From Fonticula alba ATCC 38817 (taxonomy: Eukaryota; Protista; Nucleariida): a stretch of DNA of 49,747 bases. Of the stretch, positions 41,301 through 49,747 are shown piece after piece. The DNA is taken from assembly GCA_000388065.2 (NCBI GenBank), contig KB932206.1; one strand, written 5' to 3'. The translations under genes and the position numbers were made by a program. Below the pieces are notes generated by a model. The model saw only the letters and a program-made list of their open reading frames with translations, was not told where the DNA came from and did no database searches. The first letter of the stretch is position 1. Each line of letters starts with the position of its first letter.

Positions 41301-44300
41301 CCCCTCCGCCCCCCGGCATGTGCTCTAACCTGGCCCGGACAGCTTCTCAACATCAACGATTGCTGGCGCGTGTCCAGCGAGTCACTCATTGCCCTGGCCG
41401 AGGGTGGCATGACACGCAACCTGGTGGGGCTGGACTTGTCCAATTGCAAGAGCGTGCGTCCGCTTCCGGTGCCTTGTGCCGGGCCTCTCCACAGCGCAGG
41501 GAGAGGCATCCCAACAAGCGCGCCCAAGAGGCCACTCTCATGCACGCACGCACCCACCCACGCACGCACGCACTGCCTGCCATGTGCCCACCCCGCTCGA
41601 GGACGGAGGGCCCCCGAGCGGGGAGGGGACATGCCCGCCGATGACCGGCACCCCAAGACCCCCTTCCCATGGCCCTGACACATTCTGAACCCCCCACTCC
41701 CCCGCCGCCGCCGCCGCCGCCGCTGCCGCTGGAAGATCAACGACGCGGCCATCATGACCCTGGCGCGGTACACCCCCCACCTGAAGGACCTGCGCCTGGC
41801 TTACTGCAAGCAAATCACCGGGGCCACCGTGGGGGCCTTGTTCCACGACCCCAGCACCCGGCCCCCGGGCCAGCCGGCCCCGCCGGATCTGGAATTCTTC
41901 GTCCTCCAGCGGTGCACCGCCATCGCCTCGCTGCCAAATGCCCTGGGCGTGGCGCGCAAGATGCGCGGCGTGGTGCTGGCCGAGTGCGGGTACTTCGGCG
42001 ATGGGGCCCTCGAGTCGCTGGCCATCGGCGCCTATGGCGGTGTCCTGCGATACGTCAGCGTCGCCTTCTGCTGCTCGCTCACGCCGCTGGGCATCAAGAT
42101 CCTGGTGGATGCTTGTCCGCTGGTGCGTGTCGGCCCCCGGAAATGGGGGGGGATGTGCCCCTCATCCGACCTACCAACACCTCATGCTACCGCCCCCCCC
42201 CCCCCCCGCGCCGCGCCCCCAACCTCGGGGGGGTGGCTTGTGTGCCTCACAAAGAAAAAAATCCCATCGGGGACCCTCCCCCCATATCGACACTGACACG
42301 CCTCCCTGTGCCGGCGATCCCCCCCACCCCCCCCCCCCCCCCAACCATGCCACAGATCGATGAGCTCGATATGGCCTTCTGCGGTCTAGCTGCCACCGAC
42401 GAGCTGCTGGCCGAGAGCCTCGCCTCGCTGGAGCACCTTCGCGCGCTGAGCATCCGGTGCGTGGTCACTCCGCCCCCTCGGCGCAGTCCCCTCGAGGAGA
42501 AGGCCCATCGCCGTGCCCAATTCTCTCTTGGACGCCCAAGAGCGGCCTCGACCATGCGTCCCACGGCTGGCTGCTCGCCTGCCTGACTGTTTCACTGACT
42601 CGCCGACCGGCTGACCCACTGACGGCCCCACCACAGCGGCTGTGTGCAGGTGACGAATCGCGGCGTGGCAGCACTGGTGAGCGCCTGGCGCGCGCGCCAG
42701 CTGACCGCCCCCGGAGGAGAACGCACAGCCACCACCTTCCGGCTGAATGTCAGCGCTTGCCCGGGCGTCTCGGTCATCGAAGCGGCCCTGGCCCCGGAGA
42801 ATGGGGAGATGATGCTGGACCGGGAGCGTCCTGGTTTGGCCCAAGCGATTGGACGCTACTCAACGGTGTCCTCCTCCTGGCGCCTGGTCGACGAAAGCCA
42901 CTACTGGCCGATGGGGAGCAAGTGCGAGCGCAATCCCCATCTGGCTGCCACCGGTCGCGCGCCGGTCCATGAATCTTCCCTGCGAGACATGCGCGAGCAG
43001 ATGATACGGCTGTCGGATGAGGCCCGTCGGGCTGCCCTGCACCAGGCCCCCTCGGTGGGCCAGGCGCGCGGCACGGCCGCCGCCGCCACTCCGCCCACAG
43101 CTAGCCACCTTTCCTCGATGCAGGAGGAGGAGGAGGGGCATGACTCGGCCACGGGGGCCGACACCGTGGCCCCCGGAGATGCTGTCGACGCTGCCAACAC
43201 CTCCGCCAGCAGCAGCAGCAGCAGCAGCGGCGGCGGCGGCGGCGGCGGTGACAGCAGCGACCTCGACCAGCGCTCCGGCCGGCTTCCGGAGGGACACTCT
43301 GCCGCCGCCTCGCCCGGGGCCTTGCCCATGTCCAACCACGCCCGCCAGGCAGCCGCCCTGCCGAAGGCCGACGACCCGACCGGGCGGCACGCTACCACCG
43401 CCAGCAAGGAGTTCACCACCGACGACGACGAGGAGGAGGAGGAGGAGGAGGAGGACTTTGTCGAGTACCAGGGCAAGGAGCGCATCCTGGCAGCGGGGCG
43501 CCCGGCGTCCGATGGGCATCTGCCCCGGCAGCAAGGCGCCACCTCCCCCCGGCGGAAGGACTACGCCTTCCAAGCCTTCCAGCCTCCCCCGGACAATGTC
43601 AGCTACTTCGGCGATGTGAAGATCTTCACCGGGCCGCCGCCGCCGCCGCCGCCGCCGCCGGGGCCGGCGGTCAGCCCCGCCGCCCCAGCTCCCAGCACCG
43701 AGGCCTGCCAGCCGGCGGCGGCCCAGTTGGCCGCCCCGCTGCCGCTGCCGCCGCCGCCGCCGCTAATGCCCGCCCAGCCGGCTCAGCGCCTGGAAATCCC
43801 GGTGGCCCCGCGAGACCCGGAATTGGCCGCGCGCTTCGACTCCTCCAAGTTCTATCTCCGCCTGCCGGAGGAAACCCTCATCCTGCCGGCCGAGTGGAAG
43901 CTCCTCGGGGCCCAGGACCAGCTGGTGCCCTGGACCAGCCAATTCCCCCTGTACCCGGTACCCGGGGTGCCAGTGCTGAAGGTGGCCCAGGTGGAACGCA
44001 CAGCCGAGGGCCCGGCATCCAGCACGACGTCGCCCACATCCTCGCTGCCGGCCGCGACTCCGGGCCCGATGCCGGCTTCCCCGGGCGCTGCCATCCTCCC
44101 GGTGGCCGAGGAGCCGGCCCTGGCCGGCAAGCTGACCGACGTGCCGGTGGCAAATGAGCGCCTCCGGGCCGGGCCCTGGGCCTCGGCCATCCCCGCCGAC
44201 GATGGCGGCCCGCGGGTGGTCGCCGCGGCCGCCGCGGCCGCCATGCCCGCCGCCGGGCATACCGACCGCGGGCAGCAAACCGATGGCAGACTGCCGGGAA

Positions 44301-44509
44301 CCGGGGCCCAGCCCGCCCCCCACCGGGCCTACAACCACCCAGGCCACCAGGAGGGGGGCCGCCAGCAGCAGCAGCAGCAGCAGCGTCAGCAGCACAACCC
44401 CCAGCCCATGAACCATCAGCAAGCACACACTACCCAGCAGGACTCCCGGTCCCGGACCGGCGGCTCGTCGTACAATCGCGCCCGCCGGCCCGGCCGGGGG
44501 TCGGTATGA
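38369..44509 (+). CDS. F-box/leucine-rich-repeat protein (FBXL/AMN1-type Cys-containing LRRs) with a long RRxS-rich disordered N-terminus and acidic/Gln-rich C-terminal tail
   Basis: Exons: 38369-38762, 39030-39646, 39875-40458, 40699-41092, 41343-41453, 41736-42122, 42356-42456, 42637-44509. F-box-like segment FAHLPQRLVAQVLARG. LRRs: LNINDCWRVSSESL, LDLSNCKS|INDAAI, LRLAYCKQITGATV, FVLQRCTAI, VVLAECGYFGDGAL, VSVAFCCSLTPLGI, LDMAFCGLAATDELL, LSIR|GCVQVTNRGV. The introns with fully sequenced ends are phase-compatible. The start codon is uncertain and upstream exons are possible. Confidence 0.85.
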
Positions 44510-46734
44510 GTGCCACGCGCGCGGGGGGGGCCGGCCGGCACCACACGCCGGCCCCCCCCGCTGGCGGCGGAGGAACGTGCAGCAGTGGCGACAGCGACTT
44601 CGAGGATGCCCTGGAGCAGCACCCGTCGGCCTCGGTGTCTTTGTCTTCGCTGTCGCCACCGCCCTCGTCGCGGCCGCCGCAGGCCGGCCTGCCGACAACC
44701 GTGGCAAGTGCCGCGGGCTTGCGACTGGACCGCTTTGCGCATGAGACCATCGAAACGCCCGGAGCCCCGGGGCCCGGGGCGTTGATCCGACGGGGCCCCC
44801 GGGCCGGGAGCCCGGCCGCCCAGGCAGCCGCCCGCTATGACCGGCGTCTGACCACCGGCTACTGGCGGTACACTCGCCCGGAGTATGAGCGCGATCGGCT
44901 TCGATGGACCTTCGCCCGCGAGGAGGAGGGCGCCCAGGCAGCCGGCGGCATGGCGCCCGACGAGCCGGACGACGACCGGCCGGCCGACGAGGCCCGGCCC
45001 GGCCAGCGCCGGCAGCAGGTGCTCTGCTCGAGCCTGCACTGGGCCGGCCCAAGCACCCTGGCCCAGGCCCAGTGGCAAACCCAAGTGACGGACTCCGGGA
45101 CGGCCCAGTGCGCCTTCCAGCTGGAGCTCTTCGAGTGGGACTTTGCTCGGGGGGTCCCCGGGCCCGGGCGCCATGTGCACCGGGTACAAACCGTGCATTT
45201 GGGGCTCGGCACCGAGGAGGGCGTCCCGGCGCCGCTTTTGCCGCCGGCCCGCTCGCCGTGGGATGAGAAGCCGCGCTGGCCCCAGCTTGACCGGCCGCCC
45301 GGCTTGGGGCCCGCCCTGGCCCTGGACCCGGGCGAGTCGGTGTGGCTGGCCGGAGGGGCGTGGCCGGCCGGGGCGTCGGCGTGTGCGCCCCCCGGCACCG
45401 GGGTCGACGCGCCTTGGCTGCTTCTCCCCCGGGGCCGGCATGCCGGTGCCTGGGAGGAGGGGCCGCGGGGGGAGCAGGAGCCCCGGGAGCAGGAGCCGCG
45501 GCCCCAGGGGGGTGGTGGTGGCGATGGTGGCGGCCATGGCTCGGCGGCCATCCGGGGCAGGCATCACACCAATGATGGAGAGCAGGATGCCGGCGATGCT
45601 GCTGCTGCTGCGGCTGCTGCTGATGATGATGATGATAATGAAGAGGAAGATGACCTGCTGACCGACTGGAGCTTGACGTCGCTCGATGGAGGTAGCCCAT
45701 CCGGCGAGTGGCTCCTGTCGGAGGAGATCGACGAGTGGCCCGACAATGACCAGCCCGGCACCGAGTGGCCCTCGCTGCCTCCCTCGCCCACCTCGCCCGC
45801 CTCGCCCACCGGGCCGGGAGATGCCCCGCCCCAGGGGGGGCTGGCCGCGGGGGAGGCAAGTCCGAAGCCGGCCGTCGAGTCGACGGAGGAGGCGCAGGCG
45901 GTCCCGCCGCCAGGACCGGCGGAGGAGGCCCTCACACCGGGGGACCGCCCAGAGCCGGGCCTGGCCCGGGCCCTGTCGGCTCCTCGCACCGGCCTGCGAC
46001 CCCCACCGCAGCAGCAGCAGCAGCAGCAACAACAACAAAAGAGTCTGACGCGCATCGATCGGCGCTGGCGCCGGCCCCGGACCCCGCCCCCGGACCGGCC
46101 GTCAAATCGGGCCAGTGGTCGCCGGGGCGGGGCCCCCCCGCACACGGTGGTCCGCATGCGCATCTTGTCGGAGCTGCGTGTGGTCATGCCGACCCCGGAG
46201 GCCGCGGCCGCCGGGAGCCAGCCCACCGTCCAGCAGGCGGCCTTCACCACGTCGATGGTCCTGCGCGCGCGGGACATGGCCGCCGCAGATCGGGCCCGTA
46301 CTGCGGCCGACGCCTTCGATCGGGTGTTCTACTGCCCGGGACCCGGGGGCGCCGCCGCCGCCACGGGCCCGACCGAGGGGCCGGCTGAGGAGCAGCCAGA
46401 CGCGGCGGGCGAGAAGCAGCCCGGGGCCACCATCTTTTGGAGGCCGGCCGCCAGAGGCGCGCTTCCGAAGCCGCCAGACCATCACCAGGGGCGGCAGGCG
46501 GCCGACCCGACGGCCAGGCCGGGGGGCGGCCCCCTTGCAGGGAGTTCCGCCATGGCGCTCCGGCCCATGCTGGCCAAAGGGTCCGAAGTGGGCCTCCGGC
46601 CCGGGCCGCCGTCCATGCGCACGGAGCACATTGTGTCCCGGACGCGGATGCGCCGGGACGGCCGGACCGCGGTCCTGCGCGTGTACACCCATGTGCTGCT
46701 TGCCCTGTACGATGACGAGGGGCTTGGTGGATGA
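44506..46734 (+). CDS. Hypothetical protein (742 aa ORF); either the final exon of the F-box/LRR gene or a separate gene
   Basis: Long ORF with protein-like ordered blocks (YDRRLTTGYWRYTRPEYERDRLRWTF; CAFQLELFEWDFARG...VHRVQTVHLG; RMRILSELRVVMP; RTAVLRVYTHVLLALYDD) separated by acidic and polyQ tracts like those in neighbouring genes. Its ATG overlaps the upstream TGA. Confidence 0.7.
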   Translation: MSATRAGGAGRHHTPAPPAGGGGTCSSGDSDFEDALEQHPSASVSLSSLSPPPSSRPPQAGLPTTVASAAGLRLDRFAHETIETPGAPGPGALIRRGPRAGSPAAQAAARYDRRLTTGYWRYTRPEYERDRLRWTFAREEEGAQAAGGMAPDEPDDDRPADEARPGQRRQQVLCSSLHWAGPSTLAQAQWQTQVTDSGTAQCAFQLELFEWDFARGVPGPGRHVHRVQTVHLGLGTEEGVPAPLLPPARSPWDEKPRWPQLDRPPGLGPALALDPGESVWLAGGAWPAGASACAPPGTGVDAPWLLLPRGRHAGAWEEGPRGEQEPREQEPRPQGGGGGDGGGHGSAAIRGRHHTNDGEQDAGDAAAAAAAADDDDDNEEEDDLLTDWSLTSLDGGSPSGEWLLSEEIDEWPDNDQPGTEWPSLPPSPTSPASPTGPGDAPPQGGLAAGEASPKPAVESTEEAQAVPPPGPAEEALTPGDRPEPGLARALSAPRTGLRPPPQQQQQQQQQQKSLTRIDRRWRRPRTPPPDRPSNRASGRRGGAPPHTVVRMRILSELRVVMPTPEAAAAGSQPTVQQAAFTTSMVLRARDMAAADRARTAADAFDRVFYCPGPGGAAAATGPTEGPAEEQPDAAGEKQPGATIFWRPAARGALPKPPDHHQGRQAADPTARPGGGPLAGSSAMALRPMLAKGSEVGLRPGPPSMRTEHIVSRTRMRRDGRTAVLRVYTHVLLALYDDEGLGG

Positions 46735-46829
46735 ACCGCAGCAAGCCCGGCAGGGCGAGTGAGTGTGAGGGGAGCGGTGGCGGCGGAGGGAAAGGAGGAA
46801 GGCGCTACTGCACATGCATCCACGCATGC

Positions 46830-46861
<32 letters not shown>

Positions 46862-48608
46862 CCCCCACAGGGCCCGGGGGCAGGAAGGCTGGCGGCGCAG
46901 AGGGGGGGGGGGGGGGAGAGGTGCACACCAAAAGAGCCCTCAATGGCGTGAGAGGGAGAGCCCCGGCGGTGACACACGCCCCCCTCGGCCAGCTACGAAG
47001 AGCCCCCGGCCCTCTCCGGCGCAGCTCCTGTACACGACCCGGGCCTCCCCTGAGGGGGAACAGCCCTGCGCTCTCCGGGCATAGGTGGCCGCCTTGGGAC
47101 AACCTGCTGGCGTATGTGTGCCACGCAGGGATGCTCCAGGGGAAAGGGCGCACACGTATGTCGCGCACAAATGTAACCATGTATTGTAAGCAAGCGCCCG
47201 GGGGGGTGTCCCCGCGAGAGGGCATGGTCGTGTGTGTGTGTGTGTGTGTGTGTCTCCCGCGATTGTGCGCGGACATGGGACCGAAGGCCGCCATGGGGAT
47301 GGCCACGGGGAGGGGGCGGGGCGGGGGGGCGACGAGACGCCATGGGCACGCCAACGCACGTCCTCGGGCGCGCCCGGGGCGCAATTGGGTTAAGGTGTTA
47401 ATTGCCCGGCGGTTCTGCACTCGCAGAGGGGCTCACGTGGGGGCGCCTCCAATCCGTCGCCGGCGAGATGTGTCCGCGTGCCTGGGGCCCCGGTCGTTCC
47501 ATCGCCGCCACCAACGCGACATCACCGCCGCATCACCGGCGGCCGGCAGACGAGCGGGTCGTGCAGTGGCGCGCCTCCAGACCCGGGAGCACACCCTGCA
47601 GCCGCCGCCCTCGTGCGCGTGTACGCTCCGTTCCGCTCCCCCCCCCCCAGGGGGACTACCGACGGGGCCCCCGAAAAGGGGGGGGACACCTATCCGGCCG
47701 GCTGGGCGCGCCGCAGGGGCCAGGTTGCGCGGGGTGCAGGAGGCCAGCTGAGCAGCCGGTGCGAAAACTGGTCTCGAGTGCCATGAGAAAAAAGGCCATT
47801 TTTCGCCGGGCGGACCCCGGCCATGTACCCCTGCTGGGGGCCAATAAACAATGTGGCTTCGCCCGCCGCTCCGCGACTGGGTGTGCCCCCCTGCGGCCTG
47901 TTCGTCCGCGCGCCGTGCGGGCGCCCGGTGGGGGGAGGGGGGGGCGCCGGCGACGCGCCGCGAGCGGTCTCCCGCCCGCTAGCGTGCGCTCCTGCGCCGG
48001 GCGGCCGCCTCAGTCTCGCGCCGGCGCCCGTGCTCGTGGTGCGGGTGCCGTATCCGGGAGGCGGTTGGCTGTGGAGCCAACGCGGTAGCCCGATGCCCAT
48101 CGGGCGGGGCGGGCGGCCTGGCATGCGGCGCGTGCGCATGCCTTTCACCGGCACGGGCGGCCCGGTACACCCCCCCCCCCCCCCCCGCCCCCGCCGCCGC
48201 CGCAGCCTCCATGCTCGGCTCGGGCCCTGACTGGCGAGCGGCCAGGACACACCCCGGGGGAGGGTGGGCCGGGGAAGCGGGAGAAAGACCAATAATGAGG
48301 CATATAAATTAATCCCCTAGAATATGGCCCAACAGTGGACCAAAAGAAAAGCTGGCTCAGCCTGGCGCACATTCGGGGCGGCCTCTCGGCTGGGGTGCCC
48401 TGGGTGCCCTCGGCAGAGTCGCCGGCGGCGCCGGTTCCCGCCGCCGCGCCGCCCCCCGGCCGTGGGTGTGCCTCGCGGGCACCGTGCTATTTCCATCGTT
48501 CCGCCGCCGCGCCGGGCGCCTGCGCGTCCCTCCCACGCCGGCGCTGCGTGTCCGGCCTGTGGGTTCCTCTGGTGCTCTTCGGGCCGGCGGCGCGGCCGGG
48601 GGCCGGCG

Positions 48609-49460
48609 TCATTTTAGTCGCACCGGCGCCAGCGGCGGCGAGTCGGCGCCCCAACGCCTGGGGACCCCTTCCTGGAAGTGCTTGGACAAATGAGACATCT
48701 CATCTCCGGGGCCCCTGTCCGTGTCTGTGTCTTCGGTGCGAGTCGCCCGGACCATTCGTTGTCGGAAGAGAGAGGCTCCCCCCGGCCGGGGGGGGGGGGC
48801 GGTGGGCGCATGTCCCGTCCTCCCGGCCCTCGGCGTTTCCCGGGCATCTTCTCCATTGGGCGTCGGGCTCTTCGCCGGGCCTGGCGTGCGCGCCCTGCGA
48901 CGGCCCACCGCGTCGTAGGGCGCCGGCCGCATGGCGGCATTTGTAGCGAGATGTACGAGCGTGCAGGGGCCGGCCCGACCTGCGCGTCCCCGCGCATCCC
49001 CCCCCCCCGCCCCCCGGCCGGGCCTCTGGTCGGATCTGCCCGTGCATTGGGGTTCGCCCCCGGGCGGCCTTGGGCGCTGCTGTGCGTGCGCCCGCCCCCC
49101 TCGCGGCCGCCGGCCGGGCCCGGTGCCGGAGGGAAGTCCGCCCGGGCGGGCGCCCACGGTTGTCTCGGCGTTCTGCGAATCGCTCCAGTTCGGGGGCCCC
49201 CGAAAGATCGCCCGTCCGCCGGGGGCCGGCCGCGCGGGCATGGCCGACTCCGCGCTGGCGTGCGCGGGCAGCCGGGCCGACCATGGGGGTCCGTGTCTTC
49301 CGGGGCCAGATGGCTCGGTGGTCGACCGGGCGCGCGCACGGGGGGGGGGGGCCAGCGCGCGGGGCCTGTCGGGTCGAGACCGAGGACAGCGGGCAGAAGA
49401 CCCGGCGGCGGGGGAGGCCGTCGGGTCGAGGCCGCCCGGCGCGGGGGAGCTGGCAAGCAT
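48609..49460 (-). CDS. Possible hypothetical protein (283 aa, low complexity)
   Basis: ATG-initiated ORF followed downstream by an AT-rich patch at ~48290-48325. No recognisable domain, and it could be a GC-rich shadow ORF. Confidence 0.2.
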   Translation of the reverse strand: MLASSPAPGGLDPTASPAAGSSARCPRSRPDRPRALAPPPRARARSTTEPSGPGRHGPPWSARLPAHASAESAMPARPAPGGRAIFRGPPNWSDSQNAETTVGARPGGLPSGTGPGRRPRGGRAHAQQRPRPPGGEPQCTGRSDQRPGRGAGGGDARGRAGRAGPCTLVHLATNAAMRPAPYDAVGRRRARTPGPAKSPTPNGEDARETPRAGRTGHAPTAPPPRPGGASLFRQRMVRATRTEDTDTDRGPGDEMSHLSKHFQEGVPRRWGADSPPLAPVRLK

Positions 49461-49747
49461 TGGCCACGCCCGGGGGGAGGGGGGGGGGGGGCGGCGGCGG
49501 CTGGGGCGTGCGCCGGTTCCGTCCCCTGTGGTCGCCTGCCCCTCGCCGACCGTCCGCCAAGAGGGGCGGGGGAAAAGGCGGGGTCACACGCCATAGTCCT
49601 CTACATTCCCCCCTCCCCTTGCTGCCCCACTTTCGCCCCGGCCGTCCTGCGCCGGTGGCATTGCACGAGGGCGACGAGCGGGCCCCCTGCGCCGGGCTCG
49701 TGTTTTCCAGTCCCCCCCCCCCCCCCCCCCCCGTTCGGCCGCCGCGC

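Noticed and set aside
44506-44509. Bacterial-type translational coupling
   Set aside because: The context is eukaryotic and there is no Shine-Dalgarno system. An intron or homopolymer error is more parsimonious (kept as an open finding).
46102-47751. ORFs 46102-46977 (-), 46482-47420 (-) and 46759-47751 (+)
   Set aside because: They are composed of antisense sequence and (TG/CA)n microsatellite translations, with no protein-like signal.
1-49747. Prokaryotic operon, defence system, CRISPR array or transposase
   Set aside because: The genes are spliceosomal-intron-containing eukaryotic genes. There are no repeat-spacer arrays with unique spacers, and no cas, RT, integrase or DDE motifs in any frame.

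Overview
This is a very GC-rich, intron-containing eukaryotic draft-genome window with 12 N-gaps. The fungal-type SEH1 and F-box/LRR motifs, the ACTAAC/CTGAC branch points and the frequent Ala/Gly/Pro/Gln insertions suggest a holomycotan protist. Fonticula alba is my best guess, but this is inference that only a BLAST search could confirm. Gene order: RIC1-like Rab6/Ypt6-GEF subunit (-, runs off the left end); SEH1 WD40 protein (+, N-terminal half not visible, probably in a gap); a large two-cluster MORN-repeat protein with junctophilin-like layout (+); an intron-containing tRNA-Tyr(GTA) (+); a giant extended-synaptotagmin/tricalbin-like protein with hairpin, SMP and at least 3-4 C2 domains (-); a membrane-anchored alpha/beta hydrolase (-); an F-box/LRR protein with a PKA-motif-rich N-terminus (+); and a directly abutting orphan ORF that may be part of the same gene (+). 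No prokaryotic, CRISPR or transposase features were found. All family assignments rest on motifs I recognise from memory, not on database searches. Most entries in the ORF track are GC-driven shadow ORFs or read through N-gaps and introns.
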